Source: Octopus vulgaris (taxonomy: Eukaryota). Taken from it: a DNA stretch of 64,000 nt. How positions within the stretch are numbered: the stretch's first letter is position 1; every line of letters starts with the position of its first letter. The position numbers and the translations under genes were made by a program. The notes beneath the pieces were generated by a model that ran no database searches, was not told where the DNA came from, and saw only the letters and a list, made by a program, of their open reading frames with translations. Location of the stretch: positions 64,604,001 to 64,668,000 of the forward strand of contig OX597828.1 of NCBI GenBank assembly GCA_951406725.2, read 5' to 3'. This document shows positions 13,050 to 24,221 of this stretch, piece after piece.

Positions 13050-13771
13050 AAATAAGTGCACGATCCGGGCACTGACTTGAACAATGATGCATCTTTCCAA
13101 GTGCATATGACTAAGATGGCAATACGATGCAGATGGCCGACTAGATGGATCCTTATAACTTTCAGAACGAGAGAGCAGTATACCATGTTCGTCCTCTGGA
13201 GAACATGTCCTCAACTATTTAGATAACTGCTCCCAACTATGATCGTCACACAGTATAAAATTAACAGAGGAACTCGAAGCAATCCAACGAGGTTACACAA
13301 AAGGATCGCCGCAGTGCAACATGTCAGCCACTGGGAGAGACCGAAAAAGTTAAAATGTACACTCAACAAGGAAGGCAGGAAAGAGATGCAGTTATATACA
13401 CCTGGAGGCTCCCGGAAGGACTTGTACAAAACTTTGGCATTGAGAGTTACACAAACAGCAGAACGAGGTGCCATGGTGTATTGCCCAAAATCCCAACATC
13501 GCTATCAACATATAGGACCAGATACTACAAGAGCTTCGGTTTCAAGGGGCCATAACTCTTCAATATCTTTCCAAAGAACCCGAGAGACCTGCATGGTATG
13601 GATGTAGGTGTCTTCAAAATAAAAGTGCATTTCTTGCCAAAAGTTTTAGAGGAACATACTTCACGGCAGGAAACACAGATGAAGACAGCAGCATCAAACT
13701 CACTCATTCGCTTAATGCTATATATCAGACGAGGTTTCAAGTGGTGCATGGCCACAGCTCTCGAGCTAGAG

Positions 13772-13772
<1 letters not shown>
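13050..13772 (+). mobile_element. Decayed CR1-group LINE 3' fragment, same family as 24222-26430
   Basis: Colinear with the minus-strand element (DLHGMDVGVFKIK..EEHTSRQETQMKTAASNSL); ends GCATGGCCACAGCTCTCGAGCT. Confidence 0.85.
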
Positions 13773-13839
<67 letters not shown>

Positions 13840-14156
13840 GGAGTTGAACGCAGATGTTATTAAAATTCTTTTACTTTTGATATATGTTTCGAAGACATGG
13901 TTTTATTCCAAAGGAATAAACGGTGTAAAATGCGATCTTCTCATCAGGAAAGAAAGAGAGAGCCTCTCTCAACAACAAGACATTATAACAATTACGATGA
14001 TTGCCTACATGATAAACAGAACGTTATTAAGTATTTAAAAAACCGTTAGTAGATTTGACGTCAAAGGCAGATACTAGGAAGAGAAGAGTTAAAGAAATAA
14101 TAAGTAATTGAATTTTCCTTGTTAACGGTAAACATAGGATAATCCATTTAAATATT

Positions 14157-14215
<59 letters not shown>

Positions 14216-14277
14216 TATATAGTATGTATGTATGTATATAAACTTTAGTTATAAATATAGATAGTAATATTATAATA

Positions 14278-14427
14278 ATAATAGTAGGGAATATAATTCC
14301 AAACTTAATTGCCTAATAGAGGTTTTTCTCTAAATTTTATACATATATTATATATTGTGAAATTTGATTTGGAATTGCTAAATTGAATTTTTCCCTCTAA
14401 GTTTGGAATTATATTCCCTATTATTAT
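14278..14427. repeat. AT-rich inverted repeat (MITE-like)
   Basis: Perfect 23-bp arms TAGGGAATATAATTCCAAACTTA at 14285-14307 and 14398-14420, extendable with mismatches; ~90-bp spacer. Confidence 0.85.
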
Positions 14428-14663
14428 AATATATGTATGTATATAGGATAACATTTTTGAAAAATTTTTATAAATGGCCAGCATATTAAAAAGACGCGTG
14501 CTTAGAGTGATAAATTATATGGTTATTAACGATTAAGTCTATTTTCGGCATATTTTACATTGGAATTTTTTTTATTTTGCCCTTGTTTATAAGTTGTATA
14601 TATATATATATATATATATGTATATACATACATACATACACACATACACACACACGCACACAC

Positions 14664-14740
<77 letters not shown>

Positions 14741-14771
14741 AAATAGATATTGTGTTTTATACTTTGAATCA

Positions 14772-14965
14772 TTTACTTCTTTCACTCATTGGACTGTGGC
14801 CTTGCTGGGGCACCGCCTTGAGGAGTTTAGTTGACCAAACGGACCCTAGTGCTTACTTTTATGGATATCTTTAGTCTGGTAATCATTCTAGCAATACTTT
14901 ATGCCGAACTGCTAAGTCTCAGGAAGGTTAACAAACCAATGTTGGTTGTTAAGCAGCCTGCAGAC
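14772..14965 (-). mobile_element. SINE family A, old 3' half
   Basis: Degenerate CATT.GACTG.GGCC.TGCTGGGGCACCGCC tail and GCCGAAC.GCTAAGT body. Confidence 0.7.
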
Positions 14966-15002
14966 AACACACATACACACAAATAAAGTAAGAGAGAGAG
15001 AT

Positions 15003-15091
<89 letters not shown>

Positions 15092-15585
15092 TTGCAAAGC
15101 CTATTTCGGTGTTATGAAAGCAGATGAATCTCGCAGTAACAGTTGGGAAGAGAAGAAGAATTATATTTGTTATTTACAGCAATTGAAATGTATTTGTATT
15201 TGGAAGTTTTATCGCATCAGCGGCATTTTAGATTAGGTTTAATCTTGCATGGAGTAGACATCCGTTTTATATTATCACTTAGCGCACGTGGCAATGGGCG
15301 ATTAAGCATGCACGCACATAAGGTCACACATACAAATACACTCACGCGCATACACACACACACAACACACACAACAAACACACAAACACACATACACGCA
15401 TACATGCACGCGTGCGCACCCACACACGCACACACATTGATATACAAATACATATACACACATTCACGCAATCACATACACGTAAGTCATAAACTCAGTT
15501 TTATACAGTATATTCATGCATATATTTGCATATGAATACACACACACATAAGGATGTATATGTATGCATATATTATATTTATGAT

Positions 15586-15931
15586 TTTTACTTGTTTCAG
15601 TCATTTGATTGCGGCCATGCTGGAGCACCGCCTTTAGTCGAGCAAATCGACCCCGGGACTTATTCTTTGTAAACCCAGTACTTATTCTATCGATCTCTTT
15701 TGCCGAACCGCTAATTGACGGGGACATAAACACACGAGCATCGGTTGTCAAGCAATGCTAAGGGGACAAACACAGACACACAAGCATACGCACACACACA
15801 TATATATATATTATATACGACGGGTTTCTTTGAGTTTTCGTCTACCAAATCCACTTGCAAAGCTTTGGTCGGCCCGAGGCTACAGTCCACTTGCCCAAGA
15901 TGCCACGCAGTGGGACTGAACCCGGAACCAT
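15586..15931 (-). mobile_element. SINE family A, head partly lost
   Basis: High similarity to 47400-47839. Confidence 0.92.
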
Positions 15932-16340
15932 ACGGCAAGGAATCCAAACCTGTGGCCACACATATGGCCATCCGACAGCTACCCTCTCCTATCACAGTTT
16001 TTGCCACAGTCATCAGTAGTTTCACATAGCCATCTGTATTGAACCGAAAGCCCCGGTCAGAGATGTGCGGACGAGTTCCAACGTCTGCTGTGTCCCTTTC
16101 TGCTGGCTTCGACTTCGTAGTCTCCGTTGAAGTTGTTAATGTCACGTTTTACAGGCCCTTACAGTGTCCATACGATGTTGGCATTTTGGTACACGGCACG
16201 ATCACGATACGGAGGTAACTCTTTTCCGACATTCAGATGGCTTCGAATCCTTTGTGTCAGCTTTTTCTGAATTACAACTTTAGTTTTTAGGCACTCCGAT
16301 ACCGTTGACAGTTCACCAACAAATCAAGCGGTTCCCGGAA
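15932..16340 (-). mobile_element. Decayed Tc1/mariner-superfamily (maT-like) transposase remnant
   Basis: Minus-strand PHISDRGFRFNTDGYVKLLMTV..WPYVWPQ resembles PHLFPQGLRVKSAAYIDVLNPVVKPW..RPYTIQQD of the element at 38320-39488. Confidence 0.55.
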
Positions 16341-16380
16341 AAAAAAAAAAAAAAACTGTCAAATTTAGCCCGAACACATT

Positions 16381-16444
<64 letters not shown>

Positions 16445-16511
16445 CCGCATGACTAAGAATCTATTTGTTGAATTTATCTTCCTTTCCTTCTTTTTTCTCT
16501 TCCTGTCATGC

Positions 16512-16556
<45 letters not shown>

Positions 16557-18029
16557 TCTTTCTTCTACACTCTACCCCTCATCTCTCTCCTTCTCTCTCT
16601 CTCTCCATGTATACATACATTTATGCAGATATACATTTATTATGAATATTTTTTAGCTAAATATAAAACTGTAAAACAAACCAAATAAACGAGTCTGTCA
16701 GGTGAAGTCAATCATTTCTTTCAAATAATTAAATTTGAGCATTTGTCGTCGTCAAGTGGGAATCAAGCTCGTTTATTTGAATTAATATTAGAGTAATAAT
16801 ATATGGCGGAAATGTAGAGATTTTTCAGAAGTCTTCAGGCCTTTGACCTGTTCTTAAATACCATCATTAGTCTGTCTCTTATCATTTTCATAAGATACTT
16901 TGAAAGGCTTGTGCTTTTATTTTATTTTTTTTTTCGGACCGACGTTGACGCAACGAACATAGTTGTTGGTATGGCCTATCTTTGAGTCAGTGCCATTTTT
17001 GTAATCGAAATACCAGCACCGTATACAATGTTTTCTTTTTAGTCATATGCCTTTGGGGAGACAAATCTTTGTTTCAGTTTTGCATGAATGAGCAACGAGT
17101 AAAAATATCGCCAGCAAACCAGGGCGGAGCAAGCAGACATTCATTTGTTGGAATATAGAACTTTACTAACTAAAAGGCAAATGTTTAAATAAAAACATTA
17201 TATAATGGATTGGTGGTTCTCCCAGCAAAATATCAACAAGCTATATAGAACTTACAGAGGACTTGTTGAAGTGACAGAGCTGACTCAGAGCACCCCAGAT
17301 GTGACCGTCTTGCCTTTTTCCTGTGTTCAAGGGAGCTTTTTCTTCGGCAGTAAAGGAGGTGATTTAAGGGAACCTTTTTGGTTATATTTTCTAAACGTGA
17401 TGTAAAGGGAATTTGACTGGTATTTCTAACAAATCCAGTGACTAGATAAATGCTTCTTCACTGAGTCATGTGATTTAGTGGGGTATGGGGGAGTGGGGGT
17501 GGATATGCAAATTTTTGGGTCAAAGGTCAAAGTAGTAACTTTATTACCGAAAAATGATAATAAAGCCTTTTCCTTGCACACCCGACATCCTGCCTCCCGA
17601 CCACCACACGTTTAAGGGTGGGGTGTGGGTTAAGTTGGGGATCAGGTAAGAGGAAGAGGAGGAGGGAGAGTTGTGGTGTAGTGGTTTAGTTGTTAGTGAC
17701 AAGTGAGTTGACAACCTGTCACTGGGTCGGCGGATCAGTCACACCTGACTGATTCTATTGCTTCTCACTATATATACACTTTGTGCGGCTAATCAGGCTT
17801 CTGCTTCGAAATCATCGTCATAGTCATTGTAGTCATCACCATCGACACCACCAGCAGCACCACCACCACCATCATTGTCATCATCATCATCATCAACGTT
17901 GTCGTCATCTTCGTTAGCCTAACTTATTCATCTCATCAGTTTTGGACGCTTTCTGATCTTACACGCTGCCCTACCACTGACTACGCAGGCAATACTCCAG
18001 GAGCTCCAACAAAACCTGTGATAAAGAGA

Positions 18030-18030
<1 letters not shown>

Positions 18031-18095
<65 letters not shown>
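18031..18095. repeat. (TAA)n tract
   Basis: Directly visible; start of the 18-22 kb nested cluster. Confidence 0.95.
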
Positions 18096-18429
18096 CTGGA
18101 GTGGCTGTGTGGTAAGTAGCTTGCTTACCAACTACATGGTTCTGGGTTCATTCCCACTACGTGGCATCTTGGGCAAGTGTCTTCTACTATAGCGTCGGGC
18201 CGAACAAAGCCTTGTGAGTGGATTTGGTAGACGGAAACTCAAAGAAGCCGTCGTATATATGTATATATATCTGATGGTGGTGTGTTTACATCCCTGTAAC
18301 ATAGCGGTTCGGCAAAAGAACCGCTATGTTAAAAAAATACTAGGCTTCCAAAGAATAAGTGCTGGGGTTGATTTGCTCGACTAAAGGCGGTACTCCAGCA
18401 TGGCCACAGTCAAATGACTGAAACAAGTA
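18096..18429 (+). mobile_element. SINE family A (tRNA-derived, CORE-like body), internally deleted
   Basis: A-box TGGCTGTGTGG, B-box GGTTCATTCCC, CTTGGGCAAGTGTCTT core and tail GGCGGTACTCCAGCATGGCCACAGTCAAATGACTGAAAC; lies between (TAA)n tracts. Confidence 0.92.
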
Positions 18430-18431
18430 TG

Positions 18432-18480
<49 letters not shown>

Positions 18481-18508
<28 letters not shown>

Positions 18509-19345
18509 AAGAAGAAGAAGAAGAATGAAAGAAATAGACGAGAGAAAAATCACAGCAATGGTTGAGAAGCTCAGGACTCAAAGCAGAGACAGAGGGATTT
18601 TTAATTGCAGCACAAGACCAAAGCCTCCCCACTAGAAATTACCAAAAACATATAATGAAAAGAAACATAGCAAGTAACCGCAGATTATATGGAGATGGAC
18701 AAGAGCAATAAATCATATTATCTCTGACTGCCCAGTCCTGGCTAAGAAGGAATATATTCGCAGACACGACAGAGTTGGGACCTTCATACAATGGAAGCTA
18801 TACTAACACTATGGAATAACAACAGAAAAAGATGGTATAGGCACACGCCAGAAAAGGTCACAGAAAACGAGAAAGCAACCATACTATGAGATATGCCAAT
18901 ACACACGGATAGAGAAATTAAGTCCAATAGGCCAGATATAGTTGTCAGAGATCATGAAGGAAAAAAATGCTTTGTAATTGATGTATCAATACCAGCAGGT
19001 GACAACGTGTCTCTAAAAGAAATGGAGAAACTCTCAAAATACAAAGACCTGGAAATGGAGGTAACCAGAATGTAGAATCTGAAAACAGAAACAATTCCTA
19101 TCATAGTAGGTGCATTAGGCATGATAAAAAAATATTCAGACAAATACGTAACAAAAATACCAGGACTTACAAACACATATAACATACAGAAAATTGCACT
19201 ACTTGGGCACTGCCCACATCCTACGCAAAACACTTTCAATACAGTAACCATAAGAGTATCACAGCAGACCATAGCACATACCTAAGGCACACAGAGCTGC
19301 GCTCGGTAGTGAAGTGAAAGCACGCTATAAAAATAAAACTACTGA
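18481..19345 (+). mobile_element. R4/Dong-like subfamily a 3' fragment (decayed CCHC, RLE endonuclease, 3'UTR)
   Basis: Peptides GLKAETEGFLIAAQDQSLPTRNY and NRPDIVVRD..VIDVSIP..EKLSKYKDL (PD..D..K RLE motif). It overlaps the end of the 6369-9700 copy (QQWLR) and is followed by (TAA)n. Confidence 0.9.
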
Positions 19346-19348
19346 ATA

Positions 19349-19415
<67 letters not shown>

Positions 19416-19417
<2 letters not shown>

Positions 19418-19971
19418 GCCCTGATGCAGTACCAGGCAGTGGCTCAAATGGCTTCTGATCTTAACTGATTTGAAGTGTTATCATGTACATTGTTTTGTCT
19501 TGGTATAAAAGATGGGCTACAGCAAATATTCTGCCCAATACCACAGATTTGCTTGTCAGTTGTTTGACCTTAACCAGTTGAGCATGTCCCTTAGTGGCTG
19601 ACGATATGTGCATCTCTGATCACGAGCAGAAGTAGTGGGGGAGCATCATAGCCATGTGTTGAGAGGGATTCTTTGGGGTTTGAATAGTTCACCTCTGGAA
19701 ACATGGGTGGTTCTTTCAACATCCTTAAACAACCCTTATTCAGGGACCGTTTGAGTGGGATGAGCTACTCAACCTGAAGAAAATTCTAACTGGGCCCCAC
19801 CTGCAAGGTCATGTGCTGTTTATCTTGATATGAGATCACCATGTCGCGCACATATGGTTGTGATGCATGTGCCTGGTGTACCTTTATCAGACGGGTAGTC
19901 ATGATGGGTATATTGGGCTTCGTATATTTTACCCCAGTGTCACTTTGATGGCATGAACTGCTCTCTCACTC
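19416..19971 (+). mobile_element. ORF-less ~556-bp interspersed element ('element X') inserted in (TAA)n
   Basis: A second colinear copy with the same 5' and 3' ends lies at 58744-59327. Both start ATGCCCTGATGCAGTACC and end CTGCT.CTCA.TC + (AAT)n. Strand is inferred from tail polarity. Confidence 0.85.
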
Positions 19972-20012
<41 letters not shown>

Positions 20013-20038
20013 TAATAATGATGATGATGATGATGATG

Positions 20039-20112
<74 letters not shown>

Positions 20113-20114
20113 AA

Positions 20115-21224
20115 ATGCATAGAATGCACCACCCTAAGGCAGATACAGAACGACTTTATCTGCCAAGAAAAGAGGGAGGCCGTGGACTTTTACAACTGGC
20201 AATAACAATGAAGATTGCTACAATTGGCCTAGACACCTACCTGAAAAACTCTGAGTACTGGATGTTAAAACTTGTCTCAAAACATGAAAACAAGAAAGCA
20301 TCATACTCAGTAACAAAACAGGCAAAGGAATATCTAAGTGAATTCCGAATACAACAAATTTCGGAATTAGAGATAGACATACAAGAAACAGGCACAGAAA
20401 AAGCTAAGCGCATGAAAACCCGTGCTAAATCTGCGGCCTTAGATATTCTGAATGATAAATGGCAAGAAAAACCTCTCTATGGCAAATACCCAAAGAGAGC
20501 AAATAATACAGATGTTGACAAAGCCCTGACCCATCAATGGCTAATGGCCTCTGGCTTAAAATCTGAAACAGAGGGGTTTATCATAGCAGCTCAAGATCAA
20601 TGCCTACCAACAAGAAACTACCAGGCCAACATATTAAAGATCAGAAGCAGTCCAACGTGTCGTGTATGCCAGCAACAAAATGAAACCATTGACCATGTGG
20701 TCTCCAAGTGCAGTCTTCTAGCGCCTACAGAGTATCTCAACAGACACTATAGAGCTGCACAATATATTCACTGGGTAATCTACAAAAACCTGGATTTGCC
20801 CCATGAAAAAAACTGGTGTGAACACAAACCACCCCCAGTGCTTGAAAATGACCACATCTCACTCCTCTGGAACTTCACCATTCAAACTGACAGAAAGATA
20901 GATGCAAATAGGCCAGACATCATATTGAAAGACTTCAAACAAAGAACATGCCTCCTCATTGATATGACTGTCCCAATCGATATAAACGTATCTGTCAAGA
21001 CCTACCAAAAACTGAGCAAATATAAAGATCTTGAAATAGAAATCAGCAAAATGTGGAACCTGAAGACTAAAACAATACCTGTTGTCATAGGTGCCCTGGG
21101 AATGATAGCAAAATGGGCTGATAGCTACCTAACTCAGATACCAGGAAACCCCAAAATGGCAGAAATTCAAAAGATAGTGCTCATGGGAACTGCTCATATC
21201 CTACGCAAAATACTTTCTATGTAA
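20115..21224 (+). CDS. C-terminal part of an RLE retrotransposon protein (thumb/linker, CCHC knuckle, restriction-like endonuclease); TE-encoded, 5'-truncated
   Basis: RLYLPRKEGGRGL, CRVCQQQNETIDHVVSKC, ANRPDIILKD..LIDMTVP..KLSKYKDL, IPVVIGALG. Confidence 0.85.
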   Translation: MHRMHHPKADTERLYLPRKEGGRGLLQLAITMKIATIGLDTYLKNSEYWMLKLVSKHENKKASYSVTKQAKEYLSEFRIQQISELEIDIQETGTEKAKRMKTRAKSAALDILNDKWQEKPLYGKYPKRANNTDVDKALTHQWLMASGLKSETEGFIIAAQDQCLPTRNYQANILKIRSSPTCRVCQQQNETIDHVVSKCSLLAPTEYLNRHYRAAQYIHWVIYKNLDLPHEKNWCEHKPPPVLENDHISLLWNFTIQTDRKIDANRPDIILKDFKQRTCLLIDMTVPIDINVSVKTYQKLSKYKDLEIEISKMWNLKTKTIPVVIGALGMIAKWADSYLTQIPGNPKMAEIQKIVLMGTAHILRKILSM

Positions 21225-21439
21225 TCTCAAGGTTTAAAACAAACATAATTTTCGGTTTAAAAAAAAATTATTTATTTATTTTTTTTAGACATTCATTAGT
21301 ACAACACCAAAACCTCCCCACCCCAAATATATGGCACACTAGGCATAACAACAACATGAAATCCAACCTGTTGTCTCTTGAGGTCTCTGGGTGAGACTTG
21401 GAGCCAACTTGTACAAATATAAAGCAAAAGTCAAACATA

Positions 21440-21440
<1 letters not shown>
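20115..21440 (+). mobile_element. R4/Dong-like subfamily b, 5'-truncated
   Basis: Open 369-aa frame plus a ~215-bp 3'UTR, flanked by (TAA)/(TGA)n on the left and (TAA)n on the right. Confidence 0.93.
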
Positions 21441-21493
<53 letters not shown>

Positions 21494-21504
21494 TAATAAT
21501 AATA

Positions 21505-21867
<363 letters not shown>

Positions 21868-21944
21868 AATAATTGAATAATAATAATAATTGACACCTTT
21901 ATCTGACATGCTAAATAGAATTGGATGTGGATACAACTTCTACA

Positions 21945-22394
21945 GCAAAACAATCAGCCACCTCTTGTGTATGGATGATCTAAAACTATTACGCTAAAAA
22001 TGATAAACAACTGGAAACATCACTATAGACAGTATATGGATTTACCAAAGAAATAAACATGAAATTTGGCTTAGAAAAATGTGACAAAGCAACCTTGAAG
22101 AGAGGAAAACTAGATAAGAGTAGCAGCATCATACTAGATAAAGCAAATGAAATAAGAGGATTAGACCGAAGCCAGACATACAAATACTTAGGAATCAATG
22201 AACTAGATACGATACAACACACACAAATGAAAGATAAGATAAGAAAGGAGTACTTTAGACGAGTTAGATTAATACTGAAAACAGAGCTCAATGCGAAAAA
22301 CAAGATAATAGGTATCAACACTCTAGCCGTCCCAGTTATAAGTTAAAGCTACAATATCTGGACTATTAATGAACTAATTAAAATAGACAGGAAA
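21945..22394 (+). mobile_element. R4/Dong-like subfamily a internal RT fragment
   Basis: Colinear with ~8785-9237 (ISHLL.MDDLKL, MKFGLEKC, YKYLG, ELNAKNKIIGINTLAVPVISY). Confidence 0.9.
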
Positions 22395-22906
22395 CAGAGT
22401 CAGTTGAAGGTTGACACTAGCAGCCAGCACAGGGTTAGTGGAGAGTTTGAAGGAGAATGGTGTGTAAGGGTATTTTCTTGACCCCGGATTGCAGCTCCAT
22501 TAAATAGATGAGTTGTGGAAACTGAAAAGTTTACGCTTCAGTCCGACCAGAGGACTGGGCAAGGTACAACGGTCAAGAGGTAAGTTATTAAAGCGGCGAT
22601 GTGTGCATTCGCCACCTCTGCTAGATTTCTTAGCAGGGATAATTTCCTCTTAGCTCGGTCGAGGAATGAAGAACATTACAAAGGCATATTTTAAAAACAG
22701 TTGAATTGATATTAACATTTTTTAAATCACGAACTGACTGTTCGAGCAAATACTGTTGAAGGATGTCAACAATCCTTTCCTGAATCCCTCCAATAGTGTC
22801 TTCATAGACACCTTCACCCACCCACACACACACACCATTCTCCTTCAAACTCTCCACTAACCCTGTGCTGGCTACTAGTGTCAACCTTATACTGACTCTG
22901 TTTCCT
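22389..22906. repeat. 77-bp inverted duplication
   Basis: 22389-22465 is the reverse complement of 22830-22906 with 3 mismatches. Confidence 0.92.
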
Positions 22907-23640
22907 AACTGGCGGAGACTGTCTAGAAACATTCCGGATGTCAAACACACAACCTCGGTTTGCACTTTGGCCCATGACTGTTCAATCTGAGAGACGAACT
23001 GAAGAAAGTCATGTCTCATCAGCGATGACTGCAGCTATTCACCATCCACGAAGATTCCTGGATAATAGTGCGTGCCTGCAAATTATCAGCTACATTACCC
23101 CTGGACACAAGTTTCCTCTTTATGGAGACCACCATATGTTGCTGATAACGGCACCACCACCATTTAACTTGCTTGCTAGCTCTACGTTAAAAATCGTTTC
23201 CATTCCCGGAACGAGGCGTTCAATTTCCAGGAACTGAGCTCCCCTCAGGAGGAGCTGGATGACCACATTGTAAGGATATCACAAATTTGTGCTCTTTGTA
23301 ATCAACAACCATTGCAGGCACATTTCTGTGACCCTCACCGTCAAAGGAGTGAAAACTCTAAGTACCATTTGGAAGACCAACTGAAGCATAACCAAGTCCT
23401 GATTGACGTATTTAGGAAATCCATTATTCGATATGTGTCGGGGTGTTTGGAGACTCCGAGGAAGACTGATAAAGCTTCACACCTATCCTTTCTGTACAGT
23501 GTTCTCACACATCTGAGGTTGCGTTTAGGTTGCTATGCCAAACACCTATTAATATTGTTGAGGGAACCAGCCTCAAGATGTTGCCTTTATTGCTATTTAT
23601 GTCGAGGACCACCAACTTCATGACTATGGAACATAATGAC
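22466..23640 (-). mobile_element. Heavily decayed Tx1/L1-like ORF2 fragment (APE endonuclease and linker)
   Basis: Minus-strand remnants VLDINSNKGNILRLV, VDYKEHKFV (similar to SDHK) and SWKLNAS (similar to WKLNxSLL). Confidence 0.5.
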
Positions 23641-23744
23641 TACGAGGATTCGTTAGCAGAATAAGTGTTCATGGGATGGGTGGCTTTGGTAACCCACTCA
23701 CATAAATTAATGCACACGCATAAACATACGTATGTAAGTATATG

Positions 23745-23842
23745 CGTGTATGTAGTGTGTATGTATGAATTTATGTATGCATGTATATATGTGTGTATGT
23801 GTGAATATAAGTAGGTAGGAGGATAGTTAAGTCGACAGGGTG

Positions 23843-23880
<38 letters not shown>

Positions 23881-23941
23881 GCATATATATATATACATAC
23901 ATGCATGCATATATACATACATGCATATACATATACATACA

Positions 23942-23982
<41 letters not shown>

Positions 23983-24043
23983 GCATATATATATATATAC
24001 ATACATGCATATATATATACATGCATATACATATACATACATG

Positions 24044-24109
<66 letters not shown>

Positions 24110-24146
24110 TAATATATACATACATACATACATATATAATATATAC

Positions 24147-24177
<31 letters not shown>

Positions 24178-24212
24178 CATACATACATATATATATAGAT
24201 ATATATATATAC
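23745..24212. repeat. Compound (TA)n/(CATA)n microsatellite
   Basis: Directly visible; the 733-aa ORF reads through into it. Confidence 0.95.
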
Positions 24213-24221
24213 AATTTTTAA

